Assembly: GCA_964473815.1 (NCBI GenBank)
Contig: CAYYQK010000003.1
Location: 23,115-87,114, forward strand
DNA: 64,000 nucleotides
Source of the DNA: an uncultured Candidatus Saccharibacteria bacterium
GTDB taxonomy: Bacteria; Patescibacteriota; Doudnabacteria; UBA920
Direction: 5' to 3'
Each line of letters begins with the position of its first letter. Position 1 is the first letter of the stretch. Positions 19,019-29,292 of the stretch are shown here, one piece after another. Made by a program: the position numbers and the translations under genes. Below the pieces are notes generated by a model that was not told the DNA's origin, made no database searches, and saw only the letters and a list, made by a program, of their open reading frames with translations.

Positions 19019-20051
19019 ATTTTTTGATACTCTGACCAACTATTAAAGCTTGCTCAATTAACCGATTCGAGTAGCCGAACTCATTATCATACCATGCAAC
19101 CACTTTGATAAAGTTCCCATCCAGCACTTGAGTCAAAGACAAATCAACAATTGAGCTTGCTGGATTACCAACTATGTCCGAAGATACCAGCGGTTCATTG
19201 CTTACGACTAGCTTACCTTTGTACAAAGGATGGCTAGCGGCTTCTATAAATGCCTGATTAATTTCTTCAACTGTTGTGTTCTTTTTCAAAACTGCTGTGA
19301 AGTCGCACAGACTTCCAACTGGTGTTGGAACGCGAAACGACATCGCATTAAATAACCCTTTCAGTTCAGGAATAACTTCTGTAGTAGAAATTCCGGCGCC
19401 GCTCGTGGTCGGGATAATGTTCACTGCTGCAGCCCGCGCGCGGCGAAGATCATTACTCTTCCCTCCTGGTGGAGGACCATCAACTAGATTCTGTTCAGCA
19501 GTGTAGCTATGAATCGTACTCATCATTATTTTTTCAATACCGAATTTAGCATGCAAAACCGCCGCTACTGGCGCTGTGCAATTAGTAGTACATGAAGCAT
19601 TGCTGAGCACGGCTTCATCTTTGTAATCATGCTCATTAACACCCAGCAAAAAAGTTTTGGTAATTCCTTCATCTTTAGCTGGCGCAGAAATAATTACTCG
19701 CCTAGCGCCGGCCTGCAAATGAGCTGACGCTGCTTCACTGGTCAAAAATCTGCCAGTGCATTCCAAAACCACATCTACATCCAGTTTACCCCACGGCAAA
19801 TTGGCTGGTTCTTTTTCCGCAGTAATAGCATACTTTCTACCATCAACAATTACTGCGGTCTCACTATGAGTAACTTCATGGTTAAAACGCCCATAATTGC
19901 TGTCATATTTAAGCAGATGAGCTAATACTTCAGGGCTGGTTAAGTCATTGATTCCAACAATTTCAATGTCAGGCATATCCATAGCGAGCTTAAACGCCTG
20001 GCGGCCAATTCGGCCAAAGCCGTTGATTCCTACTTTAACAGGTTGAGGCAT
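19017..20051 (-). CDS. gap: Type I glyceraldehyde-3-phosphate dehydrogenase
   Basis: GINGFGRIGR, SNASCTTNC, WYDNE motifs. Confidence 0.98.
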   Translation of the reverse strand: MPQPVKVGINGFGRIGRQAFKLAMDMPDIEIVGINDLTSPEVLAHLLKYDSNYGRFNHEVTHSETAVIVDGRKYAITAEKEPANLPWGKLDVDVVLECTGRFLTSEAASAHLQAGARRVIISAPAKDEGITKTFLLGVNEHDYKDEAVLSNASCTTNCTAPVAAVLHAKFGIEKIMMSTIHSYTAEQNLVDGPPPGGKSNDLRRARAAAVNIIPTTSGAGISTTEVIPELKGLFNAMSFRVPTPVGSLCDFTAVLKKNTTVEEINQAFIEAASHPLYKGKLVVSNEPLVSSDIVGNPASSIVDLSLTQVLDGNFIKVVAWYDNEFGYSNRLIEQALIVGQSIKK

Positions 20052-20105
20052 AATTTTATTTTTCTTTTAATTTCTCTTTATAAAAACTTTATCTGTAACA
20101 AAAAA

Positions 20106-20348
20106 TTAGCGCACCGAAGGCGAGGTATCCTGTACTTCAATCTGATAATTATCAGAGCTTAAATTCCCTTTTGTGATAACAGAGTGGTGGTGGTGCTGCG
20201 GTAGGCCATCAATATACTCTTCGCCGGCCAGGGTTTTTTCACGCCAAAATAGGACAACTCCCATTGAGAGAATGCCCATAAAAGCGATTACCAGGAACCT
20301 CAAACGGGCGTTGGCACCTAGCTTTACTTTTGAATCAATAAAAGCCAT
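20106..20348 (-). CDS. Small single-TM hypothetical protein with HHHH patch
   Basis: Fills the gap between fba and gap on the operon strand. Confidence 0.6.
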   Translation of the reverse strand: MAFIDSKVKLGANARLRFLVIAFMGILSMGVVLFWREKTLAGEEYIDGLPQHHHHSVITKGNLSSDNYQIEVQDTSPSVR

Positions 20349-20355
20349 ATATCTA

Positions 20356-21234
20356 TTATACTATATTTTGAGTTTTAAAGGCTTTTAGTTTTTTCATCGC
20401 TGCGTCTTTAACGCCTTCCATGGCAGGCTTGGAATATTTACGAATATCGATTTCATCGGGATGAGAAGCCAAAGCCACTCGCAAATTACTAGTATAACCC
20501 ATGCGTAATTCAGTATCGATATTAATAATAGCGATCCCGGCCTTGATAGCCTCGGCAATCACATCATCTGGCACACCACTAGCTCCATGCAAAACCATAG
20601 GCACATTTACCAAATCGTGAATTTCTTTGATTCTCTCTACGTCTACATGCGCCTTAGCCTTACCATTCATTTTAATGATGCCATGGATTGTGCCAACAGA
20701 AGCGGCTAATGTATTTACACCAGTAGCATCAAAAAACTTTTTTGCTTCGCTTGGTTCGGTCAGTAAAGTATCGGCATCGGACACAGAAACCCAGTCTTCC
20801 TGACCGCGAATTTTTCCTATTTCCCCTTGCACCCACGCACCTTCTTGCCTGGCAAATTCAACCATTTCTTTGGTATCATGAACGTTTTCATCAAAGCTTA
20901 AGCCGCTATGATCAATCATCACTGAGGAATAACCAAGTTCAATGCCGCGCTTGAGTTGATCCATATCTTTACCATGATCCATATGCAAAGCAATTGGCAC
21001 CTTCGCCCTATTAGCTATTGTGGCCATGATTTCAAAAATCGTATCTAGGCCGGCATAAGAAATGGCGCCTTCGCTGGTTTCCAAAATTACCGGGGCGTTC
21101 ATTTCTTCGGCAGCAGCGATGATTCCTAAAGTCATTTCCAAATTAACCGTATTAAAAGCCGGATATGCAAACTTCCCTACTACGTCTTTTCCTTGCGGAT
21201 CATTTTTAAATAATTCTTTGATGTGTACAAGCAT
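20356..21234 (-). CDS. fba: Class II fructose-bisphosphate aldolase
   Basis: LHMDHG, SVMID, GTIHG, VLHGASG motifs. Confidence 0.95.
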   Translation of the reverse strand: MLVHIKELFKNDPQGKDVVGKFAYPAFNTVNLEMTLGIIAAAEEMNAPVILETSEGAISYAGLDTIFEIMATIANRAKVPIALHMDHGKDMDQLKRGIELGYSSVMIDHSGLSFDENVHDTKEMVEFARQEGAWVQGEIGKIRGQEDWVSVSDADTLLTEPSEAKKFFDATGVNTLAASVGTIHGIIKMNGKAKAHVDVERIKEIHDLVNVPMVLHGASGVPDDVIAEAIKAGIAIINIDTELRMGYTSNLRVALASHPDEIDIRKYSKPAMEGVKDAAMKKLKAFKTQNIV

Positions 21235-21255
21235 TCAATTTTTTGAGTTTCGTTT

Positions 21256-22314
21256 TTACACTTTCATTTTGCCAATTTTCGCAGCCAATTGTGATTTCAC
21301 TTTTTCTGTATCTAACAATAAAGCCTGATGGCTCTTCTTCATTGCCAAAGCGCGCAAAATTTGGGGTTTAGTTTGCAAGCCAGCTTGCGGGCCGATATCC
21401 ATAACCACATAACCTGCGTTAACCGTCCCCCACTTTAATGCTTCGGTGTGAGGCAAGCCGTAATTCAATGCACTGAGATAGCCGGTGGTAAAGGCATCTC
21501 CAGCACCGGTTGCTTCAATGCGAACCAAGCCAGGATATTCTGCAATATAAAAGTAGCCGTCTGAGCTATAACTGTAAGCGCCCTTGCGGCCATCAGTTAA
21601 AACAACGACTTTTGGTCCTAATTTGGCCAGTCGTTTACACAATTCCTCAGGATCTTCATAATCGCCGACCCAAAGCTGTGCTTCCTCTTTGTTTACAGAC
21701 AAAACTTCTGTTCGATCTAAAATCAATTTGTTAAACTTTGGGCCTTTGCGTAACTGAAAAGTTCCCGGATTGAATGCAAGCTTTGCGCCAGTTTCGTCAA
21801 TATATTTTGCTAAATCTTTGTAAATTTTTTCAAAGCCATTAGCCATGCTGGTTAAATATACCCATTTACTTGGTGCAAACTTTGGTAATTTGTAAGACCG
21901 ATGTTCATGATATACAAAAATGGTGCGCTCACCTTTAAAGTTCAAGACTGTAGAAGCATTGGTAGAATGTTTTTTATCGATGATTAAATAGTCATCTAAC
22001 ACTTTTTCTTTGCGCATTTTATGACTAATTTCTCGTCCACCAGAATCTGCACCAACAATAGCATAATAAGCAGTTTTTAAACCAAGTCGGCTGGAACCCA
22101 CTGCGTTGTTTGCTGCATTCCCAGCGACAGTGCGATGAAATTCATCTACAGGTAATTTGTCGCCCCAATTAATGATCGCCTTCAGCACTCCCTTCATGCG
22201 CTTGATCTCTATGTCATGAATTAATAAAAAAGTATCAATGGTTGGGTCGCCAATGGAGATCATGTCGAATTTAAATCGCGATTTTGCTTTCTTCATACTT
22301 TCAATTTTAAACAT
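21256..22314 (-). CDS. PfkB/ribokinase family carbohydrate kinase
   Basis: GNAAN.A, NKEEA, T.G.KG, ATGAGDAF motifs. Confidence 0.92.
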   Translation of the reverse strand: MFKIESMKKAKSRFKFDMISIGDPTIDTFLLIHDIEIKRMKGVLKAIINWGDKLPVDEFHRTVAGNAANNAVGSSRLGLKTAYYAIVGADSGGREISHKMRKEKVLDDYLIIDKKHSTNASTVLNFKGERTIFVYHEHRSYKLPKFAPSKWVYLTSMANGFEKIYKDLAKYIDETGAKLAFNPGTFQLRKGPKFNKLILDRTEVLSVNKEEAQLWVGDYEDPEELCKRLAKLGPKVVVLTDGRKGAYSYSSDGYFYIAEYPGLVRIEATGAGDAFTTGYLSALNYGLPHTEALKWGTVNAGYVVMDIGPQAGLQTKPQILRALAMKKSHQALLLDTEKVKSQLAAKIGKMKV

Positions 22315-22317
22315 TTC

Positions 22318-22821
22318 TTAATAAGAACAAACTGGTACGGCTGGGAAAAATGTGGCAGCGCTGGCACCTGGTGAGATCCTTTTACAATAGGCTATATTCT
22401 CAAAAAATATTTCAATACCATAACTGGTTGGGGTCGTACCATTCGGTGAATACTGAAGCTGATAAGTACAACTGGCAGCGCCGCCAGAAGGACAAGATGG
22501 ATCCTGCGGGATTGAAGTTATATATGGCGTACCCCCTGCCGGGATCAATGCATTTATTAAATCAGTTTTATTTGAAAAAAAGTCATAAGCCAGACCGGAA
22601 GTCATAGGAGGATAATAGCCTTTATCCTGATAATACAAATTCATGGCTTTTTCAAAGGTAGCCATGTCTGCCATCCGGCGAGCGTCGCGACCCTTTTTAC
22701 GAGCCGTAGTGACAGCATAAGTAATTACAGACGCCAAAAGCGCGATGATCGTAATAACCACCAATAATTCAATTAACGTAAATCCTTTTTGTTTTAATTT
22801 ATTTTTTTCGTGCGATAACAT
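22318..22821 (-). CDS. Type IV pilin / pseudopilin
   Basis: KGFTLIELLVVITII prepilin motif, AR.K.RDARR.AD, Cys pairs. Confidence 0.92.
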   Translation of the reverse strand: MLSHEKNKLKQKGFTLIELLVVITIIALLASVITYAVTTARKKGRDARRMADMATFEKAMNLYYQDKGYYPPMTSGLAYDFFSNKTDLINALIPAGGTPYITSIPQDPSCPSGGAASCTYQLQYSPNGTTPTSYGIEIFFENIAYCKRISPGASAATFFPAVPVCSY

Positions 22822-23785
22822 TTTTAATTGCCAGTTTTATTGAATCTTTATCCATACCAAATTTTTTGATCAGCTCCTCAGGTTGTCCACTTTCCCCAAA
22901 GCTATCTTGGACGCCAACCGTTTCTACCGGAATCGGATAATTTTTAGCCAAAGCTTCAATTATTGCACTACCAACCCCGCCCATCACTTGGTGCTCTTCT
23001 ACTGTAACTATAGCATTTGTCAGTTTAGCTGCCCAGGTAATTGTTTCTGTGTCTATCGGTTTAATTGTGTGACAATTTACTATTAACACACTAATTCCCT
23101 CTTTTTCCAATTCTTGAGCTGCGAGAAGTGCATTATATAGTACCGAACCAGCGCCGATCACAGCGACATCTTTACCTTCTCGGAAAATCGTTGCTTTACC
23201 AATACTAAAGGGGGTTTCTTCTGTTGTCATCACCGGTGTTTTCTCCCGTCCAAGCCTGATGTATGCCGGTCCGGCAGAAGTTCCCAAAGCAATTGTCGCT
23301 TTTTTTGCCTCGACAGAATCTGCGGGCAATACTACGGTCATGTTTGGTAACACCCGAGTTAAGGCAACATCTTCTAATGCCTGATGAGTTGCTCCGTCTG
23401 GCCCGACCGAAACTCCGGTATGATGCCCGGCCACTTTTACATTAGCTTGTGAGTAAGCGACTGATACACGGAGCTGATCCCAATTACGGCCAGGACTAAA
23501 TGTCGCGTAACTAGATACAAAAGGAGTTTTGCCTGTAAGGGCTAGGCCAGCGGCCACACCCATCATGTTTTGTTCTGCGACCCCACATTCTATAAATCGG
23601 TCTGGATATTTTTTAGCAAACTCTAACACGCGCGTGCTTTCGGCCAAATCTGCTGTTAAAGCCACAATATTTTTATCATGCTCAGCCAAATACAAAAGCC
23701 CTTCACCAAAACCATTTCGGCTGGGAACTTGCTCTATATCTGGCGAGCCAATTTTCGAATTTAATTTTGCCTGCGCATTTAACAT
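22799..23785 (-). CDS. Transketolase, C-terminal subunit
   Basis: GVAEQNM, GPDGATHQ, YIRLGR, VEEH..GG motifs. Confidence 0.95.
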   Translation of the reverse strand: MLNAQAKLNSKIGSPDIEQVPSRNGFGEGLLYLAEHDKNIVALTADLAESTRVLEFAKKYPDRFIECGVAEQNMMGVAAGLALTGKTPFVSSYATFSPGRNWDQLRVSVAYSQANVKVAGHHTGVSVGPDGATHQALEDVALTRVLPNMTVVLPADSVEAKKATIALGTSAGPAYIRLGREKTPVMTTEETPFSIGKATIFREGKDVAVIGAGSVLYNALLAAQELEKEGISVLIVNCHTIKPIDTETITWAAKLTNAIVTVEEHQVMGGVGSAIIEALAKNYPIPVETVGVQDSFGESGQPEELIKKFGMDKDSIKLAIKNVIARKK

Positions 23786-23791
23786 TATGAA

Positions 23792-25564
23792 TTATTGCAA
23801 ATACTCTTTAATCTTCTCTTTGTTGTGTTGATAAGCAAATGACACTATCAACAAAATTACGCCGAGGCTGATGAAGGAAACAATTCGGTATGCCATTTCC
23901 AACGCTGCGACATCATACAAGAACACTTTCACAATCACTAAACCAAACAGCAACAGCGACACTTTTCGTAATGGCCTGAAAGCCGCTTTGATAGACCCAA
24001 CGATCAAAATTACTGCCCAGATCAACCACCATAAACTGATTAACAAATTTCTTTCGTTGCCTGATGCATCAAAATTGTAGAAATTGATAATATCCCAAGT
24101 GACTAAAAACCAAACAAGTCCGGAAATTAAATACAATAGCATTCGGTGTACGCCTTTTTCAAATTCAGTCAGCTGGTCTTCTTTAAACAAAACGTAGGCA
24201 AAACCGAGAGCCAACACCCCAAGCATTTCCAACCCAAATTTCACACTTAGGATTAACGCGTCAATTTTCTCATACGGATAGGCAATTGCCAGCATAATGC
24301 CAAACAGAACTATGCACAAACCCCAAACTCGCAGCTCAGCGCGATGTCTGAAAGCGCCAATAATAATACCAAGCAATCCTAAGGCGTATACAACTATGGT
24401 TTGCGTATTCCCGGTAAATTGCCACATCAATGCTACCACAAACATTAAAGCCCCGACAAAAGATAATAAATAGTTTATTACCTTATTTTCAATTCGATCA
24501 ATATACGCATAAATTAGATAGGTCCACAGGCCGGTCAGAGTTACAATCAAAATTGAATAGTCTTCGAATTGTGATCGGGCAATCATTAAGGCAGGCATTG
24601 CAAAGATGACATAAGGAACAAATAACAATAAGGCAAATTCTTTCTTGGCTTCTTCCGTTAAGGTTTCTTTTGAGCCATTCATTAGGTATGACAAAAACAA
24701 AGTGGTCGATGCAAGCTGCGCAAAGAAAAATACTAGATAATATCCATAAAAGTGTCCAATTACTGGTCCCACTGCATAACCCCAAATCATGTTCACAACA
24801 ATTCCCACAAATTGGATCACAAAATACACATTATTCTTTGAGTGCCACACCATGGCAAACAATCCAACTGTCAAAATGCCAAGATAAATTAGGAAGATCA
24901 CCAGTGACTGAGAAGAAAGGGAAAGAATTAATGGAGTTAAAAACGCTCCGCTCCAGGCAATGGCTGAGAGTGCCATTGATTTATTTTTTTCCGCCAGCAC
25001 TAATGTTATCAGGGTAATCAGTGCCATGATAACCAATCCAAAATAAATATCTACCAAACCATACATTTGGACAGCTGCATAAATGGTGATATACCAAATC
25101 GCCAAACCACCACCCGCTAAAGCAATAGCGTACTTTTCGTATTTATCTTTCCAATATGTGTAAAGGACAATTAACAAAGTTCCTATGGCGCCACCAATTA
25201 TCAAGCGCATCCAAATTCCAATCCAACCTTGGTCGATCGCGTACTTTAGGAAAAACCCAATACCAAACAACAAGGCAACAACGCCAACTTTCGGTAGATA
25301 ATCAATGAAAGTTTTAGCTTCGCCTGGTGGTGTAGGCCGCTGAGGAATGCTAGCAGTAGTCTTCGCAGGTGTGTTTTTAACCGGCTCGATAGACTGAAAG
25401 GCTGGCGTCTTTTTTTGATCCGCTGCAGCCATAGGCATAGACTTACCGTTGGTGCCTGGAATATTTTTCGACGCTAAAAATGTTTCAATCTTACTCACCC
25501 TTGAACTAAGGTAAATAACATAGAAGACCAGTCCGATGACAATTAAAATTGATAAAAAGTCCAT
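23792..25564 (-). CDS. Polytopic membrane protein, DUF2339-like
   Basis: KVGVVALLFG.GFFLKYAI..GWI and KVFLYD...RIVSFI.LG motifs. Confidence 0.8.
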   Translation of the reverse strand: MDFLSILIVIGLVFYVIYLSSRVSKIETFLASKNIPGTNGKSMPMAAADQKKTPAFQSIEPVKNTPAKTTASIPQRPTPPGEAKTFIDYLPKVGVVALLFGIGFFLKYAIDQGWIGIWMRLIIGGAIGTLLIVLYTYWKDKYEKYAIALAGGGLAIWYITIYAAVQMYGLVDIYFGLVIMALITLITLVLAEKNKSMALSAIAWSGAFLTPLILSLSSQSLVIFLIYLGILTVGLFAMVWHSKNNVYFVIQFVGIVVNMIWGYAVGPVIGHFYGYYLVFFFAQLASTTLFLSYLMNGSKETLTEEAKKEFALLLFVPYVIFAMPALMIARSQFEDYSILIVTLTGLWTYLIYAYIDRIENKVINYLLSFVGALMFVVALMWQFTGNTQTIVVYALGLLGIIIGAFRHRAELRVWGLCIVLFGIMLAIAYPYEKIDALILSVKFGLEMLGVLALGFAYVLFKEDQLTEFEKGVHRMLLYLISGLVWFLVTWDIINFYNFDASGNERNLLISLWWLIWAVILIVGSIKAAFRPLRKVSLLLFGLVIVKVFLYDVAALEMAYRIVSFISLGVILLIVSFAYQHNKEKIKEYLQ

Positions 25565-25596
25565 GGTTTTTTGTTTAGTTTATTTTTGTTTGATAA

Positions 25597-26469
25597 TTAT
25601 TCATGTTCGCTTTTGATTTTGCCGCCGAGTGTGCGGAGTTCTTTTAAGGCCACTTCGGCCTGATGACCTTTTGGAGGTGCGCCAGGAATTTCCGCGATGT
25701 CAGGCGGTGTCCCATGCCATTCGTAACGTCCTTCCATGAAATCAACACCTTTACCTGGGATTGTATGGGCAATAATGACGGTTGGTTTTTCGTAAATTGC
25801 TTCGGCTTCAGCATAGGCATTAATTATGGCTTGCATATTGTGGCCGTCGATTTCTAAAACATGCCAGCCAAACGCTTCGTACTTAGCCCGCAAATTTTCT
25901 AGCGGCATAACATTTTCGGTAAAGCCATCAATTTGAATATTGTTTCGGTCAAGAATTGCTGTAATGTTATGTAGTTTTTCTTTCCCAGCCAGCATCACTG
26001 CTTCCCAAATTTGACCTTCATCTTGTTCGCCGTCGGACATGACTAAAAACACGCGACTTTTCAGTGCGTCCATGCGAAGTGCCAAAGCAATACCCACAGC
26101 TTGCGAAGCACCCTGCGCCAACGGCCCACTGCTCGTTTCAATGCCTGGCAATGCCAAATTATGTGGATGGCCATGCAAGCGCGTGCCAAATTTACGCAAA
26201 GTTTTTAATTCAGCCTTTGGAAAATATCCCGCTTCGGCCAAGGTTGCATATAGCACCGGGCACGTGTGTCCACAAGACAGCACCAACCGATCGCGCGTTG
26301 TCCAATCCGGATGCTGCGGATCATGCTTCATCACTTTAAAATATAGCGCTGTAAAAATGTCTGCTAAATCTAAAGGCCCGGCACTGTGTCCAGAACCGGC
26401 TTCAACAAGCATCTCAATAATATCTTGCCGAATGTCGTTGGCCTTATATTGTAATTCCTGCAGATTCAA
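25597..26469 (-). CDS. Transketolase, N-terminal (TPP-binding) subunit
   Basis: GSGH, DRLVLS.GH, L.GHP, SDGE..EG..WEA motifs. Likely TTG start at 26469, overlapping the end of rpe. Confidence 0.93.
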   Translation of the reverse strand: MNLQELQYKANDIRQDIIEMLVEAGSGHSAGPLDLADIFTALYFKVMKHDPQHPDWTTRDRLVLSCGHTCPVLYATLAEAGYFPKAELKTLRKFGTRLHGHPHNLALPGIETSSGPLAQGASQAVGIALALRMDALKSRVFLVMSDGEQDEGQIWEAVMLAGKEKLHNITAILDRNNIQIDGFTENVMPLENLRAKYEAFGWHVLEIDGHNMQAIINAYAEAEAIYEKPTVIIAHTIPGKGVDFMEGRYEWHGTPPDIAEIPGAPPKGHQAEVALKELRTLGGKIKSEHE

Positions 26470-27100
26470 TTTGTTGGAAATTTTGTTTGATATTTTCTGT
26501 TTCGTATAGCGCAGAACCGACAACTAAATAATTAGCGCCAGCATCAATGAGAGCCTTAGCATTGCTTGCTTTGACCCCGCCATCTACTTCAATTATAGCA
26601 TTTGGGGCTATATTTCTCAAAAATCTCACCCGTTCGATGCTCTGGATAATAAAAGCATTCCCTTGCATACCGGGTTCAACCGACATGACTGTAAATTGTT
26701 TGATGTTGTCAGCAAAATATCTCAACACGGATACTTGGGTTTGGGGATTAATGGCAACACTCGCTGTCATTCCAAGTTTTGTAATTGTTTCCAAGGCTTC
26801 TTCTAATTGTGTTTCGTTTTCAAAAGATTCGTAGTGCACAACAATCGTTTCGAACCCAGCGGTTTTATAGTCGGCAAAGTTAGTTGGTTTGATAACCATC
26901 AAGTGTGCTTCCCAATGGTATTTTTTGGGCAAATCACCCACTAAAGCAAATTCATGAATTGACATAGTTTCGTTTTGGACAAATAGCCCATCAGCAAAAT
27001 CGACCTGGATAGTTTTCACTTTTTTACCCAGAGTCGCAATTTGGGCTATTTTTTCCGCAAAACCATGCGGTGTTTTTTCTAGTATCGCAGGGATGATCAT
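26444..27100 (-). CDS. rpe: Ribulose-phosphate 3-epimerase
   Basis: D..DG.FV, AHLMV, MSV.PG..G, EVDGG motifs. Start MIIPAIL overlaps the rpiB stop. Confidence 0.93.
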   Translation of the reverse strand: MIIPAILEKTPHGFAEKIAQIATLGKKVKTIQVDFADGLFVQNETMSIHEFALVGDLPKKYHWEAHLMVIKPTNFADYKTAGFETIVVHYESFENETQLEEALETITKLGMTASVAINPQTQVSVLRYFADNIKQFTVMSVEPGMQGNAFIIQSIERVRFLRNIAPNAIIEVDGGVKASNAKALIDAGANYLVVGSALYETENIKQNFQQIESAGITI

Positions 27101-27540
27101 TTTTCCAATGTCGTAATCTTTTTTATTCTTCGTACGTGCCTCGCATCGGTTGAATACGGCGTGGACAACCAAACTTTTACAATCTTCTCAGCATCTTTTT
27201 GGGAAATATAATCGCTAGGCAGGCACAACACATTAGTCATGTCATCATTGCGGGACATCTGGGCTTCTTTTTCATTCCAAACTAAAGCAGCGCGAACATG
27301 AGGAAATTTGTTCGCGACTATACAGACGCCCTGACCACTGCGGCATATCAGAATACCCAAATTTTGCATCGGGTTTTGTGACACCTTCTTACCTACGATT
27401 TTTGCGTAATCAGGGTAGTCATCCCCTGCCTTGATTTTTTTTGCTCCGACATCCACAAAATCAAATTTATATTTCAGCAAAAACTTCTTTAACTGTTCTT
27501 TCATTTTGTAGCCGCCGTGGTCAGCGCCAATGTATATCAT
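27097..27540 (-). CDS. rpiB: Ribose-5-phosphate isomerase B
   Basis: GADHGG, DYPD, C.SG.G, ANK motifs. Confidence 0.95.
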   Translation of the reverse strand: MIYIGADHGGYKMKEQLKKFLLKYKFDFVDVGAKKIKAGDDYPDYAKIVGKKVSQNPMQNLGILICRSGQGVCIVANKFPHVRAALVWNEKEAQMSRNDDMTNVLCLPSDYISQKDAEKIVKVWLSTPYSTDARHVRRIKKITTLEK

Positions 27541-27574
27541 ATAATTTGAAAATTAAATTTAGATTAAACTGATC

Positions 27575-28261
27575 TTAAAGCGCTATGATTTTATTAAAAT
27601 CCTCTGGCAAAAGGGATGCACCGCCTACCAGGGCACCGGCAACATGAGGCTGTTCGAGAAACCCAGCCGCATTACTACCGTTCACACTGCCGCCATACAG
27701 CACTCGCGGCACACCAAATTTCGTACTAATGTATAAACCAATTTGCTCAGCATGCTCCGGAGTCGCGGCATGGTGCGAACCTATCGCCCACACTGGCTCA
27801 TAAGCAACAACAACCTTACGCGGATCCACATCTTCAAGTGCCGCTTGCACTTGCGCGCCAACAACCTCGGCAACTTCTAAAGTATCTTCTTTAACAGTTG
27901 TACCGTATCCAACACAAATAATTGGTGTGACTTTATAATCCAGCAAAGCCTGGACTTTGGCATTTACCTCAGCATCGGTCTCACCCATAGCGCGGCGCTC
28001 GCTGTGCCCCACAATGCAGTACCTTACACCCATGCTCGCCAAAGCCGCCGGCGAAATCTCTCCTGTGTACGCACCTTTAATATAGTGCGAGCAATCTTGC
28101 GCGCCAACATGTGGATATTCGATCGATTCCAAAAACAAAATCGGCGGACACAACACCACATCATTGGTCGTTGATACATCAATCTTGGCAGCCAAAGCCA
28201 CGGCCTCATTGACTGTCATCGGATTCAATTTCCAGTTGCCTACAATTAATTTTCTGGCCAT
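27575..28261 (-). CDS. tpiA: Triosephosphate isomerase
   Basis: GNWK, GHSERR, AYEPVWAIG, LYGGSV, LVGGASL motifs. Confidence 0.97.
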   Translation of the reverse strand: MARKLIVGNWKLNPMTVNEAVALAAKIDVSTTNDVVLCPPILFLESIEYPHVGAQDCSHYIKGAYTGEISPAALASMGVRYCIVGHSERRAMGETDAEVNAKVQALLDYKVTPIICVGYGTTVKEDTLEVAEVVGAQVQAALEDVDPRKVVVAYEPVWAIGSHHAATPEHAEQIGLYISTKFGVPRVLYGGSVNGSNAAGFLEQPHVAGALVGGASLLPEDFNKIIAL

Positions 28262-28265
28262 ATAT

Positions 28266-29267
28266 TTAATCTCCTCTTAAGAACTTAGCGGTTTCTTCTG
28301 GTGGCATTGGATTAACCGGAATACCGGTCGCATATTCAAAGCCTGCCCAAATTGTTAACCGCGGGAACACAGTTAAGTGCCAGTGGTAACTTCCCTCTTC
28401 GTACTTTGTTAAACTGTCGCGGCGCACCGGCATAGTGTGAATGTAATAGTTCAGTGGTGGATCAGACAATTTTGTATACAAAGTTCCCAAAACTTTTTTA
28501 ATCGAGTGCGCTAAGTGCAAAGTTTCAATTTCAGTAATTTCTTCGTAACGTGCGCTATGACGTTTTGGCAAAATCCAAGTTTCAAACGGCGAACGCGACG
28601 CATAGGCCGAAATCACCATAAAGTGTTCATCTTCGTAAACTAAACGGTCTTGCAACTTCGCCTCTTCCTTCATAATGTCGCAGTAAACGCATGTGCCTTG
28701 ATCCTGAAAATAATGATACCCGCCAGAAATTTCCGCATGAATATGCGGTGGAACCATTGGCGTGGTAATAATCTGATAGTGGGGATGCACCAACGAAGCG
28801 CCGGCATCACGGCCATGATTATGAAAAACTTGAACGTAAGCAGTTTTTTCGTCTTTACTTAATTCAATAATTCGATCCTTAAAATTGCGCAAAGACAGTT
28901 CAATAATTTGCGCGGATTGCAAAGCCACGGGCTCATTGTGCTTCCGAGTAATGATTACTTCGTGCTCGCCGTAGCCACTACGCGCATTATAAAAATCTCG
29001 CTGTGACTGAATAGGCACATGGTCAACAGATTTATACTTGTTTGGAATTACGCGGAGCTGCCAATCTTTAGTGTTGGGAATACGACAGACGTCATCGCAC
29101 AAATCTGGGTTTAAATTTTCATTGCCAGGACAGAACACGCACTTTGGATCAAGTTCTGGCAAGCCTGCCATTACACTGTAAGTTTTAAAATCTTCTGGAC
29201 GTTTATTGCGACCTGGAGCAATTAGCACCCATTGCTTAGTAATGGGATTTTGTCGAAACTGGGACAT
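28266..29267 (-). CDS. galT: Galactose-1-phosphate uridylyltransferase family
   Basis: C.FCPGNE, GASL.HPH.Q, GFE..TG motifs. Confidence 0.88.
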   Translation of the reverse strand: MSQFRQNPITKQWVLIAPGRNKRPEDFKTYSVMAGLPELDPKCVFCPGNENLNPDLCDDVCRIPNTKDWQLRVIPNKYKSVDHVPIQSQRDFYNARSGYGEHEVIITRKHNEPVALQSAQIIELSLRNFKDRIIELSKDEKTAYVQVFHNHGRDAGASLVHPHYQIITTPMVPPHIHAEISGGYHYFQDQGTCVYCDIMKEEAKLQDRLVYEDEHFMVISAYASRSPFETWILPKRHSARYEEITEIETLHLAHSIKKVLGTLYTKLSDPPLNYYIHTMPVRRDSLTKYEEGSYHWHLTVFPRLTIWAGFEYATGIPVNPMPPEETAKFLRGD

Positions 29268-29292
29268 TCGGTTTTTATTTTTAAATTTTAAT

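Noticed and set aside
26444-26523. Apparent 80-bp rpe/transketolase overlap suggesting a frameshift
   Set aside because: A TTG start at 26469 leaves an ordinary 26-bp overlap, and both proteins are complete.
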